Shown here: piece after piece, positions 17,462 through 25,950 of the stretch
Layout: the number at the start of each line of letters is the position of its first letter
Numbering within the stretch: the first letter of the stretch is position 1
Assembly (NCBI GenBank): GCA_012520975.1
Contig: JAAYNF010000033.1
Coordinates: 501 to 64,500, forward strand
Direction: 5' to 3'
From: Clostridiaceae bacterium
GTDB taxonomy: Bacteria > Bacillota > Clostridia > Saccharofermentanales > UBA5734
DNA length: 64,000 nt
Program-made: the position numbers and the translations under genes
The notes under the pieces: generated by a model
Told to the model about the DNA's origin: nothing
What the model saw: the letters and a program-made list of their open reading frames with translations, nothing else
Databases searched by the model: none

Positions 17462-18883
17462 ATGGCTTCGACCGTGGAAAAAAAGGACAATCATGTTGTT
17501 GTCGTGACGATTGATGTGCCGGCGGAAGACTTTGCCGATGCCCTTCAGCGCGCATTTCGCAAAAATGCCAGCCGCTTCAACATACCGGGTTTTCGCAAGG
17601 GTAAAGCGCCAATGAGCATTGTTACCAAATATTACGGGGAAGGCGTTCTCTACGATGATGCCATTGAGTTTGCCGCGACGCCGGCTTATGCGGCCGCGAT
17701 AGACGAACATGGATTGGAGCCGGTGGTTCGCCCGGAAATGGATATCTTGGAAATCAGCCGGGAGACCGGTATGAAGTTCACCGTAACCATCACGGTTAAG
17801 CCGGAGGTCGAACTAGGGCAATATCGCGATGTTGAGGTCATTATGCCGGAATATACCGTTAGCGATGAGGATGTGGAAAAAGAACTGCTGCGCATCCAAG
17901 AGCGCAATTCCCGTCTGATTCCCGTTGAAGATCGCGCCGTGCAGGAGGGGGATACCGCCAATATCGATTACGAAGGATTTCTGAATGAAGTTCCTTTTGA
18001 AGGTGGCAAGGGTGCCTCTTATGATTTAAAAATCGGCTCCAATATTTTCATTCCCGGCTTCGAAGAGCAGCTGATCGGTCATCATGCCGGGGAAAGCTTT
18101 GACATTGACGTCACGTTTCCGGAAGACTATGCCAACGAGGAGCTCAAAGGCCAAGCTGTTGTTTTTAAAGTGACAATCAATGAGATCAAGATCCGTGAGC
18201 TGCCGGTTCTCGATGACGAATTTGCCAAGGACGTCAGTGAATTTGACACCTTGGACGAGTACAGGGAGAGTCTGCGTGCCAAACAGACGGAATCCGCCCA
18301 AAAACGTGCCGAGGGCGAATTTAAGGACAATGTTGTCAAAACCGTTGTAGCCAATGCCACGGTTGACATTCCCAATGTCATGATCGACCAGGAGATCGAC
18401 CGCATGGTGGCCGAGCAGCGCAATCAAATGCGCTATCAAGGCATTGAATTGGAGCAGTATCTCGAATACTTGGGACAAACATTGGATGCCTTTAAAGAAC
18501 AAATGCGAGAGACCGCGGAAAATCGAATACGGACACAACTGGTCATGGAAGCAATCAGCAAAAAAGAAGAAATACAGGCCGACCCAGAAGAGATCGAAGA
18601 GGAAATTGAGCGGATGGCGACAATGTACGGTATGAAGGCCGAAGATCTCCGGGAACGAATTCCCGTCGGCGAAGATGACTTTGTCGAAGAAAGCGTCATT
18701 TCACGCAAGACGGTCGAGCTGTTAACCGCTTCCGCGGTCAAGATTCCTCAGCCTGAGGAGCAACCGAAGGCCAAGAAGCCGGCCAAGGGCAAATCCACGC
18801 GGACGAAAAAAGCCAAGGCCGACAATGCTGCGCCCCCGGCTGACGACCGGCAAACCGCATCCGATGACCAGACTGCGGAATAG
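17462..18883 (+). CDS. tig: Trigger factor (ribosome-associated PPIase chaperone) with an extra charged C-terminal tail
   Basis: N-terminal GFRKGKAP ribosome-binding signature, FKBP-type middle domain (DYEGF..FEGG). RBS GGGGAGG precedes ATG 17462. Confidence 0.93.
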   Translation: MASTVEKKDNHVVVVTIDVPAEDFADALQRAFRKNASRFNIPGFRKGKAPMSIVTKYYGEGVLYDDAIEFAATPAYAAAIDEHGLEPVVRPEMDILEISRETGMKFTVTITVKPEVELGQYRDVEVIMPEYTVSDEDVEKELLRIQERNSRLIPVEDRAVQEGDTANIDYEGFLNEVPFEGGKGASYDLKIGSNIFIPGFEEQLIGHHAGESFDIDVTFPEDYANEELKGQAVVFKVTINEIKIRELPVLDDEFAKDVSEFDTLDEYRESLRAKQTESAQKRAEGEFKDNVVKTVVANATVDIPNVMIDQEIDRMVAEQRNQMRYQGIELEQYLEYLGQTLDAFKEQMRETAENRIRTQLVMEAISKKEEIQADPEEIEEEIERMATMYGMKAEDLRERIPVGEDDFVEESVISRKTVELLTASAVKIPQPEEQPKAKKPAKGKSTRTKKAKADNAAPPADDRQTASDDQTAE

Positions 18884-18930
18884 AAAAGGCCACTGTTTGC
18901 AAATCGTTCACATAATGTTGCCAGGTCCTT

Positions 18931-18960
18931 TTGACCGGTTCGGATTTATACAGATATAAT
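18931..18960 (+). promoter_or_regulatory. Sigma-A-type promoter for clpP-clpX
   Basis: TTGACC (18931-18936), an 18-nt spacer, then TATAAT (18955-18960). Confidence 0.55.
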
Positions 18961-18963
18961 GGA

Positions 18964-18993
18964 CGATAGGGGACTGTAGAAGGTCCCCTATCG
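18964..18993 (+). promoter_or_regulatory. 11-bp perfect inverted repeat at the predicted clpP transcript 5' end
   Basis: CGATAGGGGAC (18964-18974) pairs with GTCCCCTATCG (18983-18993) around an 8-nt loop. No U-tract follows. Confidence 0.5.
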
Positions 18994-19019
18994 ACATCTG
19001 AAAGACAAGGAGTAAAGAT

Positions 19020-19604
19020 ATGAGTTTAGTACCAATTGTTATTGAACAGACCAACCGCGGTGAACGCTCGTACGATATTTATTCTCGTCTCCTTAAAGAG
19101 CGGATTATTATTCTGAGTGATGCAGTCAATTCGGTAACAGCCAGCCTGATCACAGCCCAGCTGCTCTTTCTGGAAGCCGAAGACCCCGATAAGGACATCC
19201 AGTTTTATATCAACAGCCCGGGCGGTGAAGTGACCTCTGGCCTGATGATTTATGACACCATGCAATACATCAAGGCTGATGTCCAGACCATCTGCATGGG
19301 CATGGCTGCCAGCATGGGAGCCGTCCTCTTGGCCGCCGGCACCCGCGGCAAACGTTTTGCCCTGCCCAATGCCGAGATCATGATTCACCAGCCGTCAGGC
19401 GGAGTTCAGGGTCAAGCAACCGATATTCGGATCGCCGCCGATCATATTCAGAAAATGAAAGACCGTCTCAACCGGATTTTGACCGAACGGACCGGACAGC
19501 CTTTTGACCGTGTCGCGCTGGATACCGAGCGAGACAACTGGATGTCGGCTCAGGAGGCCATTGAGTACGGAATTGTTGACCAGATCATGGAGAAAAGGAT
19601 TTAA
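19020..19604 (+). CDS. clpP: ATP-dependent Clp protease proteolytic subunit
   Basis: [25 protein letters not shown]; catalytic Ser context GMAASMG and His context MIHQP. Confidence 0.96.
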   Translation: MSLVPIVIEQTNRGERSYDIYSRLLKERIIILSDAVNSVTASLITAQLLFLEAEDPDKDIQFYINSPGGEVTSGLMIYDTMQYIKADVQTICMGMAASMGAVLLAAGTRGKRFALPNAEIMIHQPSGGVQGQATDIRIAADHIQKMKDRLNRILTERTGQPFDRVALDTERDNWMSAQEAIEYGIVDQIMEKRI

Positions 19605-19606
19605 GT

Positions 19607-20953
19607 ATGTCCGATAACAACGACAAGAATAAGGGCAACGGCAAGAGCGGCGGTCGTAGTAGCGGCAAACGGTCCAAAGGTGATCATGATTTATACGCGC
19701 AGGTCAGTTGCTCGTTCTGCGGCAAATCAGAAAGCCAGGTCGTTCGGCTGATAGCCGGTCCCGGCGTTTTCATCTGCAATGAATGCGTCGCCCTTTGCGA
19801 TGAGATTCTAAACGAAGATTTCCGACCGGTTGCGCTCCGCGAATCAATGCCGGATATGGCCGATCTGATGAATCCGGTGCGCATCAAGGAGTCCCTCGAC
19901 CAGTATGTCATCGGCCAGGAACGCGCCAAAAAAGCGTTAGCCGTTGCGGTTTATAATCACTACAAACGCGTCTATGGCAACGCGAAGGACGACCTGCACT
20001 CCGAAGATTTTGTCGATGATGTCGAATTGACCAAAAGCAACATTTTGCTTGTGGGTCCGACCGGCTGCGGCAAAACCCTGTTGGCTCAGACTCTGGCCCG
20101 GATTCTTGATGTTCCCTTTGCCATTGCCGACGCAACGGCACTGACCGAAGCCGGCTACGTTGGCGAAGATGTGGAAAACATACTGCTCAAGCTGCTTCAA
20201 AATGCCGATTATGACATTGAGCGTGCCCAACGTGGGATCATTTATATTGACGAGATCGACAAAATTACCAGAAAATCCGATAATCCGTCGATAACCAGAG
20301 ATGTCAGCGGCGAAGGGGTTCAACAGGCCCTTTTGAAGATCTTGGAAAGCACCATCGCCAATGTGCCGCCGCAGGGGGGACGGAAACATCCGCATCAGGA
20401 ATTCATCCAGATCGACACAACCAATATCCTGTTTATCTGCGGCGGTGCTTTTGACGGCCTGGAAAAGATCATTCAGAATCGGATCGGCCAGAAATCCATC
20501 GGTTTTGGCGCGCGGATCGAAAGCCGAAAAGAAAAGGATGTCGGCGAATTGCTGGGGCAGATCATGCCGCAGGATTTGCTTAAGTTTGGCCTGATTCCCG
20601 AATTTGTCGGTCGCATCCCCGTCATTGTGACTTTGGAGGCCCTCGATGAAGATGCGTTGATTCGCATCATGCAGGAGCCGCGTAACGCACTTCTTAAGCA
20701 ATACCGAAAATTATTTGATTTGGACGGCGTTGAACTGATCTTTGAACCGGATGCCGTTGCCGAGATCGCCCGGCAAGCCATGGAGCAAAACACCGGCGCC
20801 CGTGGGCTGCGAGCCATCTTGGAAGAGATCATGCTGGATATCATGTACGATATTCCTTCGAGAAACGATGTTGCCCGATGCGTCATTACCCGTGAAAGTG
20901 CGACGGGAAGTCAACCGCCCAAGATTATTCTTAAAGAGGACAAAACAGCCTAA
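19607..20953 (+). CDS. clpX: ATP-dependent Clp protease ATP-binding subunit ClpX
   Basis: Zinc-binding CSFCGK..CNEC, Walker A GPTGCGKT, Walker [10 protein letters not shown], and an IGF-like loop (SIGFGA). Confidence 0.96.
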   Translation: MSDNNDKNKGNGKSGGRSSGKRSKGDHDLYAQVSCSFCGKSESQVVRLIAGPGVFICNECVALCDEILNEDFRPVALRESMPDMADLMNPVRIKESLDQYVIGQERAKKALAVAVYNHYKRVYGNAKDDLHSEDFVDDVELTKSNILLVGPTGCGKTLLAQTLARILDVPFAIADATALTEAGYVGEDVENILLKLLQNADYDIERAQRGIIYIDEIDKITRKSDNPSITRDVSGEGVQQALLKILESTIANVPPQGGRKHPHQEFIQIDTTNILFICGGAFDGLEKIIQNRIGQKSIGFGARIESRKEKDVGELLGQIMPQDLLKFGLIPEFVGRIPVIVTLEALDEDALIRIMQEPRNALLKQYRKLFDLDGVELIFEPDAVAEIARQAMEQNTGARGLRAILEEIMLDIMYDIPSRNDVARCVITRESATGSQPPKIILKEDKTA

Positions 20954-20986
20954 CCACCAAAAATTTTGGCGGATAATGTCGACCGG

Positions 20987-21014
20987 ACGGCACCTTTCGA
21001 GGTGCCGTTTTTTA
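20987..21014 (+). terminator. Rho-independent terminator after clpX
   Basis: ACGGCACC-TTTCGA-GGTGCCGT followed by TTTTTT. Confidence 0.8.
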
Positions 21015-21050
21015 TATGCTTAAATCAATACATCAAGTCGGGAGAAAACA

Positions 21051-22640
21051 ATGTCGGCACAACAACCCAATGGTTCTCGTTATCAATACCTTAATCGGAT
21101 CGGAACAATATGGCTGGCCGTTGATCAACGAACCAAGGCCAAGGCGGTGGTTCGAGCTGCGGACACAGTGGCTGATCCTGCCGCCATCGAAAAGCTGGCC
21201 GAAATCAGACACGCGGGCCTGCCACGCTTGATCGGTCGGACCGTCGACCCGGATGGCAAGACGGCGTACGTTTTTGAATATTTAGAAGGTTGTTCGCTGG
21301 CCCAAATGGCCGATCAAGCGGGTGGCGCTCTGACCCAAGAAATCCTGATGCCGATTATCCTTGCCGTGGCAAAAATTCTCGGTTTTCTCCATCGTCAAGG
21401 CGAATTTCCTCTTGTTCACCTGGACATTAAACCGGATCACATCCTGATCGGCTCCAACGATGCCGTCAGCCTGATTGACTTTGGCGCGTCTCAACTACTT
21501 GACGGCCAATCGAGAATAAGAAAGCAAATCGGCCATGCCTTGACGCCGGCATATGCGGCACCGGAGCAAGCCATCGGCAAACCGTCACCCGCCAGCGATG
21601 TTTTTGCTTTGGGGCTGGTGTTTTTACATTTGATGACCGGCCAAGCATTGTCTTTTTGCCGAACGCAACCCACAGCGTCTTTATTGAGCAATTTTCCGGA
21701 TGCTTTTCAGCGCTTGATTTACCGCTGCCTTCATCGTGAGGTCGAACAACGCTTTGCCCATGGCGATGCGCTGGCTTCTGCCCTTGCTTCACTCCCTTCG
21801 ATCGGTTCGGACGTGGTGGCAAACATTGCAAAAACAACCGGGAACGCCGGAGCGCAAAAAGAAATTGCGCCGCCACAACAGCCTGCAAGTGTCATCTGTG
21901 TTTGGGGCAATGCCGACTTTGGCTGTGAATTGGCCGCTGTATTGGCAGAGCACGAGGATGTTCTGGTGATAGATGCCGATTTGCTGAATCCGAGAGCCGA
22001 TCTGATCCTCGGTTGCGGTCAGCCCAAAACAACCGGTTCGGATCCCTTGGAGGCCGGCGGTCTGGATTTGGCATTGACTTGTGAATCGCGAGGGCATTTG
22101 GACGTCATCAGCCTGAATCAATACATCCGATCCACAAGGGTTAAAGGGGTTTCGGCTCTGACCACCACCAGCGGTCCGACCCAATATGAATCCTTTCAGC
22201 TTAATGCGCTGGCAAAGGTCATTCATCTTGCCCGCCTGATTTGTCGCTTCGTTGTTATCTTGTGCAGCGCATTCATTTTTGACGGATTCACCTGCCTTGG
22301 TTTGCGTATGGCAGATCGGGTTTTGGTTCCGGTTGCTGCTGATATCGGATCTTTTCGGGAAAAAAATCTGGCGATCGACCACCAGATTGCACAGTATAAT
22401 TTTGACATCAACAAATTGTCTTTTGTCGCGTTCCCCTACAGTCCGATTTACGATTTGAGCCGTGGTTGTGTGGATGAGCTAAGCCGCGGACGCTTGATCG
22501 GTACGATCAGCGACGTCGGTTCGCGCCGCAAAATGAAATGTGGAGCCCGACCATATGCGGCGGCGCTGGCTAAGGGCAACCGACACGAATATCGTGACTT
22601 GATTCGCAAGCTCCGAATTCTTCCCGGTCGCTGGAGGTAA
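21051..22640 (+). CDS. Fusion protein: Hanks-type Ser/Thr-kinase-like domain (degenerate) plus a MinD/ParA/CpaE(TadZ)-like domain lacking a P-loop
   Basis: Kinase subdomains: YVFEYLEGCSL, HLDIKPDH, DFGAS, TPAYAAPEQ, DVFALGLVFLHLMTG. There is no GxGxxG loop, AVVR replaces VAIK, and His replaces the HRDxKPxN Asn. The C-terminal half (VICVWGNADFGCELAAVLA..VLVIDADL..) aligns by eye to the CpaE/MinD fold, with GNADFGCE where KGGxGKT is expected. Confidence 0.75.
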   Translation: MSAQQPNGSRYQYLNRIGTIWLAVDQRTKAKAVVRAADTVADPAAIEKLAEIRHAGLPRLIGRTVDPDGKTAYVFEYLEGCSLAQMADQAGGALTQEILMPIILAVAKILGFLHRQGEFPLVHLDIKPDHILIGSNDAVSLIDFGASQLLDGQSRIRKQIGHALTPAYAAPEQAIGKPSPASDVFALGLVFLHLMTGQALSFCRTQPTASLLSNFPDAFQRLIYRCLHREVEQRFAHGDALASALASLPSIGSDVVANIAKTTGNAGAQKEIAPPQQPASVICVWGNADFGCELAAVLAEHEDVLVIDADLLNPRADLILGCGQPKTTGSDPLEAGGLDLALTCESRGHLDVISLNQYIRSTRVKGVSALTTTSGPTQYESFQLNALAKVIHLARLICRFVVILCSAFIFDGFTCLGLRMADRVLVPVAADIGSFREKNLAIDHQIAQYNFDINKLSFVAFPYSPIYDLSRGCVDELSRGRLIGTISDVGSRRKMKCGARPYAAALAKGNRHEYRDLIRKLRILPGRWR

Positions 22641-22644
22641 GTCG

Positions 22645-23931
22645 ATGCCATTAATGACACCATCCTCAATCCTGCCAGACGATACGGCTCTATATCGACA
22701 GGTTGACATCAAGACCGGTGTTTTTGATTATGCTGATTTGGCGGAACTTGTATCGGCCGTGTGCAGCCGGATTTTAGATAGCGATCCGGCGCTTGTTGCT
22801 GATATTGCGGCCGGCCGGGCAAAGCGGCAGGCATTGACGCCCTTGATACAAAAATTTGCTAAGGAGGAAAGCCACCGTGCCGGTGTGTTCATGGTTGATT
22901 TACAGGAACAAATTATGGACTTTCTCTTTGGTTATGGGTTATTGCAACCTTACATCGATGATGAATCGGTCTCCGATATCGACGGAACCGGACCGGACGA
23001 GTTTTCCATCAAGACCGATGGTCAGCGTCGCCCCTTGGCCATTGCCTTCCCGGATGAGAAGAGTTATGACATCTTCTGCCGTTTGGCCATTATCCGGAAC
23101 GGCGGCATTATCAATGAAAATGACAGCCACTGTCGCGTCGCCGATGAACGTTACCGTCTTCGGATCAATGTTACGGTACCGCCCCGAAGCGTCAATCGCA
23201 CATCCATCAGCATTCGAAAACACCGTCTGAAAGCCTATCGGTTTCCTGACTTGGAACGATTAGGAATGTTGGATGGGGAATTGGTGTCTTTGTTGACCTA
23301 TCTGGCCGGTTCCCGTTTCTCCGTTTTGTTTTGCGGGAAAGGTGGTGCCGGCAAAACCACGCTGCTACGGGCTTTCATTCAGGCGATGCCCGAGATGGAG
23401 CGCGTTTTAATTGCCGAAAGTGACACGGAACTGTATCCGGATAAACCCTATTGCCTGGTTCAGCGGATTCACAAGCCCAACGAGGGGGGTCGGCCGGTTC
23501 AGTTGCGAGATCTGATCGCCGATGGTTTGACCATGTCATTGGACAGCTATGTTATCGGCGAAATTGTCGGAAGTGAGGCTCTGGAATTTATGCGAGCAGC
23601 TTTTTCCGGGCATCGCTGCTTGGCCACAACACATGCCGGCAGTGCGATGGATGCGTTGGAGCGACTGGTCACTCTTGGTCGGTCTGCTCCCGGAGGCGAG
23701 AGCGAAGGACTTATGCGCAGGATGCTGGCCCACGGCATACATTATCTGGTTTTTTTGAGTGATTTCCAGGTCAAAGAGGTTGACCGGGTTGTGCCCTGCC
23801 GAAAAGGAGAAAATGAATATGAAATTGTTCCGGTTTGGCGACCTATCCAAAATCCGAAATCAGACCTTACAGATGACCAGCATGATGGCCCGCTGGTGCC
23901 AGGTCCGGGAAGACCTGATGTACATTTTTGA
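22645..23931 (+). CDS. tadA: TadA/CpaF-family pilus-assembly ATPase (T2SSE/VirB11 superfamily)
   Basis: Walker A GKGGAGKTTLL, Asp/Walker B region VLIAESDTEL, VIGEIVGSEALEF, and His box ATTHAGS. RBS GGAGGT lies 5 nt upstream. Confidence 0.88.
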   Translation: MPLMTPSSILPDDTALYRQVDIKTGVFDYADLAELVSAVCSRILDSDPALVADIAAGRAKRQALTPLIQKFAKEESHRAGVFMVDLQEQIMDFLFGYGLLQPYIDDESVSDIDGTGPDEFSIKTDGQRRPLAIAFPDEKSYDIFCRLAIIRNGGIINENDSHCRVADERYRLRINVTVPPRSVNRTSISIRKHRLKAYRFPDLERLGMLDGELVSLLTYLAGSRFSVLFCGKGGAGKTTLLRAFIQAMPEMERVLIAESDTELYPDKPYCLVQRIHKPNEGGRPVQLRDLIADGLTMSLDSYVIGEIVGSEALEFMRAAFSGHRCLATTHAGSAMDALERLVTLGRSAPGGESEGLMRRMLAHGIHYLVFLSDFQVKEVDRVVPCRKGENEYEIVPVWRPIQNPKSDLTDDQHDGPLVPGPGRPDVHF

Positions 23932-24388
23932 CCAAGTTGCCAACAGTGATATCGAAGACCCGATCCGAACTTTGGTTCTTGATTTTCTTTCTCGAGTTCG
24001 CGGAGGCATGGCGCCCGATCGCGCGCTTTTGCTCATGCAGAAAAGTTTGCCCCATGAACATTTTGTCGATTTGATTACGGCTGTCCGGTTTAACTTCAAA
24101 TATCGAGGCAAGCTGGGTCCCTTGTTGGAGCAAATGGAATTGCATTTTCATCGTATTGAGGAAGAATACACCCACCGACGTCTGACCAACCTTCGTGATT
24201 GTAAATTAACTTTCATGATTTTGGCCGTCGTGCCGCCGTTCTTTCTTATTCGCTTGGCAACCAACCCGGAAGCACAACAGGCTTTCGGAGCAATATCCTC
24301 CGGCCCCTTGATTTTTTGTTTGTGTCTGTTGCTTTATTTGGGAGCTGTTGCTGCCTTCCTGTTCATTTGGCGGCATATTAACGGGTGA
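23819..24388 (+). CDS. TadB-like inner-membrane platform protein (T2SS-F domain)
   Basis: A cytoplasmic helical domain (FLSRVRGGMAPDRALLL..LGPLLEQMELHF) followed by TM helices. AAGGAG at 23804-23809 precedes ATGs at 23813 and 23819, so the start is uncertain, and the gene overlaps the tadA 3' end. Confidence 0.65.
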   Translation: MKLFRFGDLSKIRNQTLQMTSMMARWCQVREDLMYIFDQVANSDIEDPIRTLVLDFLSRVRGGMAPDRALLLMQKSLPHEHFVDLITAVRFNFKYRGKLGPLLEQMELHFHRIEEEYTHRRLTNLRDCKLTFMILAVVPPFFLIRLATNPEAQQAFGAISSGPLIFCLCLLLYLGAVAAFLFIWRHING

Positions 24389-24398
24389 GGGGAGCTTC

Positions 24399-25220
24399 AT
24401 GGCAACATTAACAGGATTCTTTTTTTCCGCTGTTCTGATCGGGCTTTTGGTTTACCAACTCCTGCCGACCTTCTCCTCTTGGATTGGTCGGCTCCATGTC
24501 CAAGGTTCGTGGCATCGGCATCAACAAAGACCACCGTTCGGTCGGCGGAACCGGCTGCCGAAAAAATGGAGCGATCACTTTGAGAGGCGCTTGAGGTTGG
24601 CCGGCATCGAAATCGACAGATATCGGGTTCGTGTTTTGTATCTCTCACCGATTCTCATCTTAATTCTGGTTGTTGTCGGTGACTGGCTGCAGCGCCTGAT
24701 GGTTGTGGTTCTTTTTTGCTGCCTTTTCAACTCGTGGATTAACAAAAAAATTCGGACTCGTCGGCAAGCCTACACCAAAGCCTTGTATAAGATCTATCGT
24801 TTCTTGGATTTTCAGTTGACGGCCGGCATAAAAACGGTCGATGCCTTTCGAGGTCTGCCCGATGCTGTTCACGATTCAATTGTGCGGCCGGTCCTCGTTC
24901 GTTTTTCCGCCAGATTTGAACTGACTCTTGATCTGAATCAGGCAATGGAAGAGATTGGTCGCTTCTTCCCCGGTACAGACACAAATCTGTTGGCGACCCA
25001 TTTGCGGCAATGCTTGGATACCGGCCAGGCCGGCCGATCCCTGCTGCGCATGGAGGAGTTGCTTTTTGCCCGGTGCTTTTCAATCATGCAAAACGAAACC
25101 AAGAAAATCCGAACCCAACTCTTGTTTGCCGCATTGCTGGGCATCTGTCCCTTGATCATTCTTTATCTGTATCCGTTGGCGATACAAACCCTGTTTGCGT
25201 TGCAAAGTGTTTTTGGTTGA
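24399..25220 (+). CDS. TadC-like inner-membrane platform protein (T2SS-F domain)
   Basis: N-terminal TM, a central cytoplasmic domain (FQLTAGIKTVDAFRGLPD..LRQCLDTGQAG) and C-terminal TMs. It is the second platform paralogue, as in Tad loci. Confidence 0.65.
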   Translation: MATLTGFFFSAVLIGLLVYQLLPTFSSWIGRLHVQGSWHRHQQRPPFGRRNRLPKKWSDHFERRLRLAGIEIDRYRVRVLYLSPILILILVVVGDWLQRLMVVVLFCCLFNSWINKKIRTRRQAYTKALYKIYRFLDFQLTAGIKTVDAFRGLPDAVHDSIVRPVLVRFSARFELTLDLNQAMEEIGRFFPGTDTNLLATHLRQCLDTGQAGRSLLRMEELLFARCFSIMQNETKKIRTQLLFAALLGICPLIILYLYPLAIQTLFALQSVFG

Positions 25221-25281
25221 TCGTGGCTGCGCCATTGTCAATAAATAATCAATTCTCACAAAGAGACATGGAGGTAAAAGC

Positions 25282-25509
25282 ATGAGAAACTATGAAAAAA
25301 AACATCGTCGGTTCAAAAACCCACAGGCAGGATGGCAGCTGCGTCGAAAGGGCGGATTCGGCCTCAATGAAGTCATCGGAATTGCCGCCGGCATCATTAT
25401 CGCCGCGGTTGTGGTCATTCCCGGCTTACAGCGTTTTGCCGGCAATATCCTGGAAAATCTAACCAGTTGGTGGAACAATATGGCCGCCAGTATCTTTTCC
25501 ACCCGTTAA
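25282..25509 (+). CDS. Flp/type-IV-like prepilin (75 aa)
   Basis: Basic 25-aa leader ending RRKGG, then FGLNEVIGIAAGIIIAAVVVIPG (G at -1, F at +1, E at +5, hydrophobic helix). RBS GGAGGT lies 6 nt upstream. Confidence 0.7.
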   Translation: MRNYEKKHRRFKNPQAGWQLRRKGGFGLNEVIGIAAGIIIAAVVVIPGLQRFAGNILENLTSWWNNMAASIFSTR

Positions 25510-25521
25510 GGCGGACCTGCA

Positions 25522-25950
25522 ATGATTGATAAATTACTGATTTCCGTCATGGCCGGAGCGTTAACGGTTATTCTTTTTATGCAGCTTATGCTGTGCGCGT
25601 TGCCCTTTTTTTGCCGAATGGAGTTTGACGCGATCTGTCACCAGTACGCTTTACGCATGGATCGGGCCGGTGGAATGGACAACAAACTCCGTCTGGCAAT
25701 GATCGAAGAGCTGCAAAGGCAAGGATTTTTGATTGAACGTATCGAGGCGAGCACGTCAGCGCCGTACGGCGGTGATTTGAATCTCATGGTCAAAGCCGAC
25801 TTTCCGTTTTATCGAATCGGGTCGCAACTCACGTTGGAGGAGGTGAGCATATCGGTTACCTACCAAACAAACATGATTTGTCGCCTGCTGAAAGTCGTCG
25901 CCGCGGCTCGGTGGCCGCTCTGGTTGTCATTGTGTTTTGTACGGCTCTGA
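25522..25950 (+). CDS. Small pilus-cluster protein with an N-terminal hydrophobic helix (minor-pilin/TadE-F-like candidate)
   Basis: The N-terminus LLISVMAGALTVILFMQLMLCALPFF, and the gene's position directly after the pilin gene. No diagnostic motif was recognised. Confidence 0.5.
   Translation: MIDKLLISVMAGALTVILFMQLMLCALPFFCRMEFDAICHQYALRMDRAGGMDNKLRLAMIEELQRQGFLIERIEASTSAPYGGDLNLMVKADFPFYRIGSQLTLEEVSISVTYQTNMICRLLKVVAAARWPLWLSLCFVRL

Noticed and set aside
18884-18960. A CtsR operator at the clpP promoter
   Set aside because: Only one GGTCAAA heptad is present (the reverse complement of the TTGACC -35 box) with no second repeat at the required spacing.
19937-20701. A 254-aa minus-strand ORF inside clpX, and similar long antisense ORFs at 3542-4288, 27226-27882, 31403-32053, 32638-33294, 38335-38994, 41884-42564 and 61268-61996
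   Set aside because: Each is fully overlapped by a plus-strand gene with strong, colinear family signatures (ClpX, dehydrogenase, AraC, decarboxylase, Tmk, MetG, P-type ATPase, NrdD). None has an RBS or a recognisable motif.
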